The notes beneath the pieces were generated by a model. It had not been told where the DNA came from, did not search any database, and saw only the letters and a program-made list of their open reading frames with translations. A stretch of DNA of 58,672 nt from Candidatus Thorarchaeota archaeon (GTDB lineage Archaea > Asgardarchaeota > Thorarchaeia > Thorarchaeales > Thorarchaeaceae), in contig JBHLRZ010000021.1 in assembly GCA_048882045.1 (NCBI GenBank), forward strand, positions 1-58,672, written 5' to 3'. Positions 41,237 to 49,582 of the stretch are shown piece after piece (the first letter of the stretch is position 1; the number at the start of each line of letters is the position of its first letter). A program made the translations under genes and the position numbers.

Positions 41237-42466
41237 ATGGTTGCAACAATGATCATGCAACGGATGAGTGTCGCTATGGAATATGGTGTGATACTCAAGT
41301 GGCTGAAGAAAGAGGGTGACAAGGTTAAGCAGGGAGAACCCATCGTCGAGATCTTCGGTGAGAAGAACGAGTTTGAACTGGAGTCTCCGGCAGACGGAGT
41401 CCTGCTCAAGATCCTATGTGACGTGGATGATGAGATACCCATCAGTGAACCAATTGCATTCATCGGCAAGGAAGGTGAAGAGATTCCTGATGTTCGACCT
41501 CAGAAACTGAATGCCGCTGCAGCCAAGCCCACTACTCCCGTAGCCCCCGTGACAACTCCAGCATCAAAAGCCACAACAAAGGCAGCCATAGCTCCAGCAA
41601 TCGACACTAGACTACCAGGAGGAAAGATCAAAGCCTCTCCACGAGCCAAGAAGAAGGCCAAAGAGATGGGTGTTGATTTGGCCACAATCGCTGGTTCGGG
41701 ACCAGATGGGCGAATCATAGAGAAAGATGTAGTTGCCGTCCCTACTGCTCCGCAAGTCATGATCTCAGACGACCGAAACGTGAAAGAAGTCATGACTATG
41801 TCTCCACTCCGTAGGACCATAGCACGTAGGATGACCCAGAGCTATCAGAATCCACATATCACCATGATTACTGAGATTGACATGACTGAAACAGTGGAGA
41901 TTCGAGCAGAGATCAATGAACGAGTAGAAAAGAAACATGGCATACGGGTATCGTTCAATGACATCATCGTAAAGGCTGTCGCTGACACGCTCGAAAAGTT
42001 CCCAAAGTTCAATGCAACACTGAGTGGCAATGACCTTCACATCTTCAAAGACATCAATATTGGAGTTGCTATTGCAACTGACGAGGGGCTCATAGTAGTA
42101 ACTGTAAGAAATGCAAACAAGAAGTCGATAACCGACATTGCTGTCGAAACAAAAGAGTTTGGAAAGCGAGCAAAGCAGAATGCTCTCAAGCCCGAAGAAC
42201 TCACTGGCAGTACATTCACAGTGTCTAATCTTGGACCATTCAATGTCGACCTGTTTATTCCAGTCATCAATCCTCCAGAAACTGCGATACTTGCTCTCGG
42301 TCAGATCAAGAAAAAACCAGTCGTGATTGATGACAAGATCGAGATCAGATCGACAATGATGGCCAGCTGTGCTGTTGACCACAGAGTCTTAGACGGAGCC
42401 CCTGCAGGTGAGTTCCTTGCTGCACTGAAAGAAACACTCGAGAATCCTTACATGATGAAGTTCTGA
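41237..42466 (+). CDS. Dihydrolipoamide acyltransferase E2
   Basis: Lipoyl domain (EIFGEKN), peripheral-subunit-binding domain (ASPRAK...GSGPDGRI), catalytic DHRVLDGA. Confidence 0.93.
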   Translation: MVATMIMQRMSVAMEYGVILKWLKKEGDKVKQGEPIVEIFGEKNEFELESPADGVLLKILCDVDDEIPISEPIAFIGKEGEEIPDVRPQKLNAAAAKPTTPVAPVTTPASKATTKAAIAPAIDTRLPGGKIKASPRAKKKAKEMGVDLATIAGSGPDGRIIEKDVVAVPTAPQVMISDDRNVKEVMTMSPLRRTIARRMTQSYQNPHITMITEIDMTETVEIRAEINERVEKKHGIRVSFNDIIVKAVADTLEKFPKFNATLSGNDLHIFKDINIGVAIATDEGLIVVTVRNANKKSITDIAVETKEFGKRAKQNALKPEELTGSTFTVSNLGPFNVDLFIPVINPPETAILALGQIKKKPVVIDDKIEIRSTMMASCAVDHRVLDGAPAGEFLAALKETLENPYMMKF

Positions 42467-42515
42467 GTTCCAAAGCATTATCTATCTTCGAGCTGATAGT
42501 TCACCTGATAGGGAG

Positions 42516-42839
42516 ATGATTAACACTAACACCTGTCCAAAGTGTGGAGGAAACAGAATAGCTGGACCTCACAAGATTTACGGGCAGCATAGTGTTAGGA
42601 TTGATCTTCCTGGAGTACTTACGGCTACCCTTGAGTCGTTCACATGTGCTGACTGTGGATACACAGAACTATACTCTGACAGAATAGGATTAAAGAACAT
42701 CAATGAGGCTGGGCGATTCCTATTGGGTACTGAATCAACTTCATATCCTCAAAATGAGCCACGAAGCTGTCCTTACTGCGGTTCTCAACTAAAAGCAGGC
42801 GCCAAAAGCTGTCACGAGTGCGGGCAATACTTATCTTAG
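42516..42839 (+). CDS. Double zinc-ribbon protein
   Basis: CPKC...CADCGYTELY; CPYC...CHEC. Confidence 0.8.
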   Translation: MINTNTCPKCGGNRIAGPHKIYGQHSVRIDLPGVLTATLESFTCADCGYTELYSDRIGLKNINEAGRFLLGTESTSYPQNEPRSCPYCGSQLKAGAKSCHECGQYLS

Positions 42840-42864
42840 TTTTCGACTCAAATTATCAGGGGGA

Positions 42865-42987
42865 CCTTATATTCTAGGGAGCAGACCCAATGTCGACACG
42901 TATCATTTCGTGTCAGCCTCGAATACGACACTCATACTCCTTATTTTGGAGCAGACAACATGATCACTCCAACCCCAATTGTTGGAG
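42865..42987 (+). repeat. Left copy of island-boundary repeat
   Basis: CCTTATATTCTA-N18-GACAC-N10-GTGTCAGCCTCGAATAC (core 42910-42926), then CTCCAACCCCAA; matches 49391-49481. Confidence 0.75.
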
Positions 42988-43060
42988 GTATTCTTGCGAT
43001 AGTAATCACCGCTCTGATGAAATTCGATGAATGAATAATGATTGATCAGCATTTGCTTTT

Positions 43061-44767
43061 CTAGGGTTTCCATCTTTCCTTCCGAAGTGACCAATGGAAT
43101 GCACAATACCAGGGGTCTGGAATAAAACTTTCATCGCTTGGACGGGACATACAGCAGGCTTCGTTAGAACAATACAATTCACGCCATTCCCACGCCCACC
43201 AATCCCAATAATATTCAATTATCCCAGCGAAGTGCCCAAACTCATGAAGTAATACAGATCTAGCAACATCAATGTAGTCTCCGTAGCCCTCCCCAAGTGG
43301 TGGGTCCAACGAATAAAGATATAGAGCATGATGGAAGATTGCGCAACCCCATTCATAGCCATTTTCTTCATAGTATGCTCCTCCTGTATACTGGCTGTAG
43401 TAGAAAGAATTTCCAATCAAGAGCCACTGATAAATCGATGATCCCTGATGAGAGTAATAATCGAGATGAAGAGCCTCCCATTCTAATACAGTGAGGGGCG
43501 AATAAGATTCTTCAAAAGGGATTGCGCTATCTATGTAATAATCAGGTCTTTGATATCCATGAAGTATGTAGTACGTTTTGACATATTCTAACATGTCATT
43601 CATGTTACTAATACTCATCAATGGGTTCCCACCAGAATCGGTCATGTAGTCCACTTCCAATTTCACTTCACGATAATTCACACAATTGTAAGTCAGCTTC
43701 TTCTGATAATATGAAGCGGGATTTTCAAGGAGTTTCAACCTGATATAGTAGTCTGTCGTGATGTATCCCATGTATAGCCTGTATGGAACACCTGAGGAGA
43801 TTGATGTTTTGAGATACCAAGAAGAGGAGTAACTTGTTTTAAACCAAATTTCAATTGTCCGAAACGGGGAACCGCCTTCATTCTCAATATAAATGTCAAA
43901 GTAGGTAGATTTGCCCGCCATAACTTGGTAATCTAGCGTCGGATTGATGTCATCTGCATTCCCTCCGGGAAAATACTCCCAAAAATCTGGGATTGGTTCA
44001 TCAGGCCAATTAGGAATGTCTATCCAGGGCCAAATATGGGTCATCTTCCATTGGTTCTCTTTCCAGCCGCACCAATTGATTTGAACTTCAACCTTATGGG
44101 TTCCAGCTGGAATATATGAAATCGGGATTGAGCCATGGAATCCCCCAGATCCGATGACAGCCTGATAGACGATATTACCGTCAAAGTAGACAGTGAGGGT
44201 TCTCGAATAGATATCTTGGTCCCTTTCAATGTCAAGACAAATATAAGCATATAACAAATAGCTAGGATAGTCCCATTCAAATGCTAGAGCAGAGTAGCCC
44301 TTCTTACGGAACCAATGACCGCTCTTGGCAGGACTCATGGGTAACGCAGGAAACATTTTTGTTGGAGGTGGAGATGTTAAGAGAGAGTTCTCATTGAGTG
44401 TCCCAATTGGACCATCGAATACATCTCTGGGATCTTCAACACTTGAGTTACCGTACTTACTAAATAAGACAATGGGGTCTACTGTTTCATTATAATCTTC
44501 TGTATGGATAATCCTCTCTCTCTGAACGGGAATGAATTCGTCATTATCTTCCGTTTCACTTAAACTGTCCGGTGTCGACTCAGTCCAGTTTAAGGCCATA
44601 AAGTCTAGGACCTGATTCTCCGCTCTCATTGCATTATAGGAGATGATTTTCTCCACCTCAGATACTGAAGGAGAAACCAGTGTAGGTGATTCAGCTGGAC
44701 CTAACAAAGCTACACTCTGTGGACACAAAAAGGAAACAATCAGAAATAGAACAAGAACGCTTCGCAA
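43061..44767 (-). CDS. Secreted zincin metallopeptidase-like protein
   Basis: Signal peptide; HEFGH followed by an archaemetzincin-like C....CCM...C..H. Confidence 0.7.
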   Translation of the reverse strand: MRSVLVLFLIVSFLCPQSVALLGPAESPTLVSPSVSEVEKIISYNAMRAENQVLDFMALNWTESTPDSLSETEDNDEFIPVQRERIIHTEDYNETVDPIVLFSKYGNSSVEDPRDVFDGPIGTLNENSLLTSPPPTKMFPALPMSPAKSGHWFRKKGYSALAFEWDYPSYLLYAYICLDIERDQDIYSRTLTVYFDGNIVYQAVIGSGGFHGSIPISYIPAGTHKVEVQINWCGWKENQWKMTHIWPWIDIPNWPDEPIPDFWEYFPGGNADDINPTLDYQVMAGKSTYFDIYIENEGGSPFRTIEIWFKTSYSSSWYLKTSISSGVPYRLYMGYITTDYYIRLKLLENPASYYQKKLTYNCVNYREVKLEVDYMTDSGGNPLMSISNMNDMLEYVKTYYILHGYQRPDYYIDSAIPFEESYSPLTVLEWEALHLDYYSHQGSSIYQWLLIGNSFYYSQYTGGAYYEENGYEWGCAIFHHALYLYSLDPPLGEGYGDYIDVARSVLLHEFGHFAGIIEYYWDWWAWEWRELYCSNEACCMSRPSDESFIPDPWYCAFHWSLRKERWKP

Positions 44768-44884
44768 AACCTCTCTCCTCCACGCAATACACCATAGATT
44801 TACACTTTATTCTTAATAGTTCTTTTGTTCATCTAATTTTTTTTTAAAAAAATAGAATATATTTGGAAATTTAGTTTCTTCTAC

Positions 44885-46129
44885 TCATTCAACACTTCGC
44901 AGTATCTGTTTGTATCTGCGTTTGTACCACAATATGCATATCCCTGAAACTACGAAACTCCCTGAAAATATCATTACCACGACAGAGAGTATGTTGGAGA
45001 TGACAACCGGGTTCTCAAAATAGAGTCCAGGATGTAAATCATGAAAGTGGCCACTAATTGCATCTACTTCCACTGCATATTCCCCACCCACCTCAATATC
45101 GCCTAAAAGTAAACTTGTTACTCTAAATGTCCAAGCCAATTGGAATTGAATGCTCTGTTGTCTATAAAGGTCAAGTCGCACGAGACGCAGAGTACCATTT
45201 CCCCATTCAACCGAAGCTTCTGGAGGTTGAAGATAATTCTCCAATGCTGATCTTCGTGCTGCTTCAACATTTAGGATTCCTACCTCGTTAACATCTATGT
45301 ACGGTATGTTGATGAGATCGTAGAAGAAGCTGATGATTCGTCCCGTCGAGGCACTTATTCGTAGTCGAATGCCTGAAGATTGTTTATCCGGGAAGACATT
45401 GCCAACAGGCGTGCTTATTATAATTTCATACAAATCAGGGCTCACGGTTGAATTGTATTCTTCCTGCATGAGATCATAGAAGTGTTCGTCTGTGATTTTC
45501 TGTGTAGTTCTGATGTGTCTTGATGTAGGAAGAAGAGTATAGTTATGTGACTCAAGGAAATCAGCTGCAATCAAGGTTACCTGTGACTCTGATAGGGGCT
45601 CTGTATCCTTATATGGGTAGAAATCTAGTAGGTTGGAAGAAACATTGGATTTTTCATTCCAGAATTCCTCATATCCAATTATTTCCCCGGATATAGAATT
45701 GATTATTACTTGAACTACAAGACAAAGCACTTGATTTGTGTAGTTTTCAAAAATAAAACTCCAGCGAGTCGAGTCGTTGGTGAAGGAACGGGTATATTCG
45801 AGATGTTGCAGCATACTACTATTCACAAAGGATTCAGCGTATTCTTGTGCAGTTTCCAGAGATACCCTGTCACTTGATAATCTCAGAGAGAGCCGATATG
45901 GGTTTTCTGAGTCCAAGGACCAAGCACCATTGTACGCCGCCGCATGAAGAGTTGAGTCGACTAGCTGTGCAAAGAGTGTTTCTTCGAGAGGTGAACCAGG
46001 GAGTGAAATTAGACTGTTGTCCATCCTAGTAGATAGATATGTGATTCGCGGTAAGGTTGAACCAGCCAGGATTGATATAAGCATTATAACAGCAATTAAT
46101 CTCCTAGACTGGAATCGATAAATCAACAT
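44885..46129 (-). CDS. Membrane-anchored surface protein with PepSY-like repeats
   Basis: INSISGEII, ISASTGRII, VDAISG; N- and C-terminal TM. Confidence 0.6.
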   Translation of the reverse strand: MLIYRFQSRRLIAVIMLISILAGSTLPRITYLSTRMDNSLISLPGSPLEETLFAQLVDSTLHAAAYNGAWSLDSENPYRLSLRLSSDRVSLETAQEYAESFVNSSMLQHLEYTRSFTNDSTRWSFIFENYTNQVLCLVVQVIINSISGEIIGYEEFWNEKSNVSSNLLDFYPYKDTEPLSESQVTLIAADFLESHNYTLLPTSRHIRTTQKITDEHFYDLMQEEYNSTVSPDLYEIIISTPVGNVFPDKQSSGIRLRISASTGRIISFFYDLINIPYIDVNEVGILNVEAARRSALENYLQPPEASVEWGNGTLRLVRLDLYRQQSIQFQLAWTFRVTSLLLGDIEVGGEYAVEVDAISGHFHDLHPGLYFENPVVISNILSVVVMIFSGSFVVSGICILWYKRRYKQILRSVE

Positions 46130-46224
46130 TCTGCAATCATGTAATATTTGAGAATATCTCTATATAATCCTAGGTCTTGAGCTTCCCTAAGATTCACATA
46201 CCAAGAGGTGTACAACTTTTTGTA

Positions 46225-46692
46225 CTACTGGAAACCTTTCTGTAATATCCACCTAGTTTCGAAAAGGAAAATTGTAATCGCGATTAACAAGACTAGCACT
46301 AGTGTAATGTCCGACGGATGAATCGTCAATTGAAGGAAGAGGAAAGATGATATGAGCAATGAAACGAAAAATAAAGCATAGAAGAGGAATCGAGGAATCA
46401 ATCTGTTACCGATATCAATGAAATAAGTAAGAACACCAGCACGTACCCTTCTTGTAGCAATGAACATTCCATCCTCATTAACATCCACTAGACCTATTTC
46501 TTTGAGTTTGTCAAGGTGGTAGAAAGATAGGCTTGGACTTGAGAAACCAAGCTTTCGATATATCTCCCGTCCTGACCATGGTTGTCCAGTCCTAAGAAGG
46601 AGATAGTACACTTTCAATGTTCTCCCTCTCAATACCTCTGAAAGGTCTTGTTCATCAACTTTGATGCTTTTCTTTGAAACCATCCTCCACAC
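46225..46692 (-). CDS. Membrane-anchored winged-HTH regulator
   Basis: TLKVY..LL...REI.RKLGFSSPSL..YHL.KL...GLV, plus two C-terminal TM segments. Confidence 0.8.
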   Translation of the reverse strand: MWRMVSKKSIKVDEQDLSEVLRGRTLKVYYLLLRTGQPWSGREIYRKLGFSSPSLSFYHLDKLKEIGLVDVNEDGMFIATRRVRAGVLTYFIDIGNRLIPRFLFYALFFVSLLISSFLFLQLTIHPSDITLVLVLLIAITIFLFETRWILQKGFQ

Positions 46693-46749
46693 AGACCTAA
46701 ATCACAATCCAATAATTTGATTTTATATCTTTACAGCTATCTCTAAAAA

Positions 46750-47985
46750 CTATTCAGAATTCTCAATGGTTCTAAGTTTCATGCATCGCTCGTAGTACTC
46801 TCTTCTTACTCCCCCTCCCAACTTCCATAACTCAATATCACCAGGTATAATCTCAAAGGCTTGTTCAATCTCTTTATTCGATCCTTCTGAATCACCATGA
46901 CTCATTAATACCTCAGCTTTTAAAACTCGGGCTATGAAAAGATACCACTTTACGTCCTCATCTTCCAAGTCCATATTCATGAGAAGTGAGATATTTCCTT
47001 CGGCCTTCTCGAGTGCAACATCAAATCTATTATGTCTGACATAATGCTCCACGAGATGATTTGTATGAGAGCACACAGCCCTTAGCTTACCGGCCTCCTG
47101 ATATTCCTCGATATCCGCCAATAATTCCGCCTCTTCACGGTCAACACTATTTATTTCTTGTTCATCGTCATCAAAAATCTCTCTCAGCATCATTCTGAAC
47201 TCCTCCTTATTCTCAATTGTGTATTCAGATAATGTGAACTCATCAAGGGCATCAATCACTGATTCAGCATCATCATCACTTGGTGTGAACTCTTCTTCAA
47301 ATATTACAACCTCGTTCTCTCCAATGGAACTCAAAGATATTTTCAACAAAGCACCAATTTGAGTTGCATCAGCACGACACTGTGGTTTCTCATTTCCCCA
47401 TCCATAGTCCCTGAGTCCTTTTCTTATACTACTAAGTTCCGCATCATAGTTGGCAATGTTGTTTCTTGATGCACTGACATTCTCCAAATCTCCGACCAGT
47501 TCTTCTATCATCTCCTTAAGGTTTAGAGATCCGTTCAGTTTCGTACTGAAAGTCTTACCCATCCAAGACTGGTTTGTCTGTGGTGAAATCAGAGTCCATA
47601 GAATCTCACCCGCCTTGAACCGACTTGATAGCACCCATTCACCCTCTGGGAGTGACAGAACCTCTTCCTCATGCTCTTCTTCGATAGCTCTAATGGACCG
47701 AGTAAGTTGCGAATCCTCAGCAACACCTGAAGGTAACCGCACACCTCTTAGTTGACTCACATCGATATCAAGCGTGAACTCTTTTCCAATGCTGGCATCA
47801 ACCAATCCCTCACACTCAACGAGTAGCTCCAACTCATAGGGATTAATCCACTCACTCTCAAGACTCTTGATCTGTGAATTCTTTGGTAATCCTTTGAGCT
47901 TGACTGTGATGAAATTGAAATCTCCACTGTTTCGACGGACCTCATCCACCTCTGCTACAAGAATGATTGTTCCTCCACTCGACGC
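46750..47985 (-). pseudogene. Probable 3' fragment of a larger acidic protein
   Basis: The frame stays open past the called GTG (47949) to a TAA at ~47986-47988, into the 5' end of the divergent tnpB ORF, so there is no room for a promoter. Confidence 0.5.
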
Positions 47986-49310
47986 TTACTATGACCTCCC
48001 TCCAACCCGAGCTTGAGATTCGACACTGGTTGAAGCTCAGAGACTCTCTGGATTCAGTCAGTGAGGGGCGCGTTAGACATGACAAGCTCATGATTCCCCT
48101 CTCCATTTCTTCTTATCATCTCAATCGAATGAATGAGAGAGAGGTAAAGACAGTCCGTATCTTCAAGGACTCTCTTCGTAAGTGGTGGGCCATCTTCACG
48201 GTTACTCTTGAAGCTGATAGTATAGATACTGTTGGAAAGCTCCCTGCTGTGTTGTCCATTGACCTTGGAATCAAAAAGGCCGCATGTTCTGTCCTTCTTA
48301 CCAAAAAAGGATACAAACAGGTTCAATATTGGAAACAGGAAGACAAGCTCCAACGAATGAAGGTATTGGATGAGAGGGTTGCCTCCCTCCAGCGAGAGAA
48401 GGAACAACTCATTGCTAAAAGAGAGAATCCAGATAAGGTGACAGTCCAGCTCAGAGATCTGAGTGGAAAACGAGAACGTGTCAGCAAAGAATATGATAAG
48501 AAGCTTGTCAGAGATATCTCCGACTACATCAAAGAGATGACCAAGCAGTATGACCTCTATGTTTCAATTGGGAAGTTGAAGGGAATTAGGAATACTGCTA
48601 GAAAAGGTAACTATAGAGGGAGATGGTTCAGAGGAATGATCCACAGCTGGGCCTTTGCTAGAATTCGTGATAAGTTGGAACACAAACTCACATCCATTGG
48701 CTTTGACTCCAAGAAGTTCATTGCTGTCCCTGAGCAGTGGACCTCTATCATGTGTCACAAATGTGGACACAAAGGAATGCGACCAAAGCAGAACCTCTTC
48801 ATCTGTACAACCTGTGGATACAAAGCAAACGCCGACCTGAATGGCGCTCTCAACATCGGGAAGCGCCTCATCATACTCATCCCATCACTGAGAGATGAGA
48901 ATGGACTAGGGATGTGGCTTACTCCCAGAGATAGAGCCATACTGAAAGCCCAGAGGATGACACGTTCTTCTGATGGGAAGTCCGAACTCTCCCAGAGGAC
49001 ACCAGCCTCGAAGGGGGAGTCCGTGGCCGACTGCTATGACCAGACTTCACTTGTGGAGTCTGCGAGGAGTGAAGACCTTGCCATGGTAAATGCTGTGGAA
49101 ACACCGACTGCCATCATACCGTCTGGTGGGTGTGAATCAACGCAGCGGACAGAAGCCGGGTCCCATTGGAGGAACGATGTTCCTGTGAAGAAGGGCAAAG
49201 CTTGCGATACTTTGAAGGACACCGGTCTTTCAGATACTGGTGACAGTAGTCGTAAGAAAGGTGGAACACAGAAGTTTCTTGACGTGAGTTCACTCACTCT
49301 TGAATCATAA
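47967..49310 (+). CDS. tnpB: TnpB-family RuvC/Zn-ribbon nuclease, likely 5'-truncated, with long C-terminal tail
   Basis: SIDLG (RuvC-I D99), W.F..I..KL, EQWTS..CHKC...CTTC (ZnF), NADLNGALNI (RuvC-III D290). Confidence 0.88.
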   Translation: MFLHSTLTMTSLQPELEIRHWLKLRDSLDSVSEGRVRHDKLMIPLSISSYHLNRMNEREVKTVRIFKDSLRKWWAIFTVTLEADSIDTVGKLPAVLSIDLGIKKAACSVLLTKKGYKQVQYWKQEDKLQRMKVLDERVASLQREKEQLIAKRENPDKVTVQLRDLSGKRERVSKEYDKKLVRDISDYIKEMTKQYDLYVSIGKLKGIRNTARKGNYRGRWFRGMIHSWAFARIRDKLEHKLTSIGFDSKKFIAVPEQWTSIMCHKCGHKGMRPKQNLFICTTCGYKANADLNGALNIGKRLIILIPSLRDENGLGMWLTPRDRAILKAQRMTRSSDGKSELSQRTPASKGESVADCYDQTSLVESARSEDLAMVNAVETPTAIIPSGGCESTQRTEAGSHWRNDVPVKKGKACDTLKDTGLSDTGDSSRKKGGTQKFLDVSSLTLES

Positions 49311-49321
49311 GAAATGGTCTT

Positions 49322-49471
49322 ACGACATCTGCTCCAAGCCAATGAATTGTGTTGATTTATGCTCCTAAATATCAACAACAGATTATTGGTCCTTAAATTC
49401 TATAATTGAAATTCATTAATGACACATCCATTATGTGTCAGCCTCGAATACAACGACATCTGCTCCAAGCC
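49322..49471 (+). repeat. 19-bp perfect direct repeat ACGACATCTGCTCCAAGCC (two copies)
   Basis: Copies at 49322-49340 and 49453-49471. Confidence 0.9.
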
Positions 49472-49481
49472 CCAACCGTTG
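49391..49481 (+). repeat. Right copy of island-boundary repeat
   Basis: CCTTAAATTCTA-N18-GACAC-N9-GTGTCAGCCTCGAATAC (core 49435-49451), then CTCCAAGCCCCAA. Confidence 0.75.
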
Positions 49482-49528
49482 CTCTGGGGCCTCCAGCCGG
49501 TGGAGAGCAACCTAATTATTCCACCGGC
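49469..49528. ncRNA. Putative structured RNA: two hairpins with complementary loops
   Basis: Stems GCCCCA/TGGGGC and GCCGGTGGA/TCCACCGGC; loops GTTGCTC and GAGCAAC are complementary. Confidence 0.45.
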
Positions 49529-49582
49529 AAACAACAAGCTAATCAGTCACGGAGATAAACGACCAGCAAGAGTGTTTGACTG

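Larger units (their letters stand above)
42865..49481. mobile_element. Genomic island bracketed by diverged direct repeats, carrying a truncated TnpB
   Basis: Flanking repeats, AT-rich intergenic tracts, accessory cargo and truncated genes; separates the E2 region from lplA. Confidence 0.6.

Noticed and set aside
42903-43218. Short ORFs at the left island end
   Set aside because: They overlap the boundary repeat or the peptidase 3' end and have no protein features.
44833-44856. Poly-T/poly-A palindrome in the island intergenic region
   Set aside because: Low-complexity tract; could be a terminator or promoter, with no specific support.
49322-49471. CRISPR array next to a Cas12f-like gene
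   Set aside because: Only two 19-bp copies with a 112-nt gap, and no cas1/2/4. Kept as a repeat instead.
49441-49530. tRNA or SRP RNA as the integration target
   Set aside because: No cloverleaf can be built; the Alu-like double hairpin lacks the UGUNR motif, and no SRP S-domain follows.
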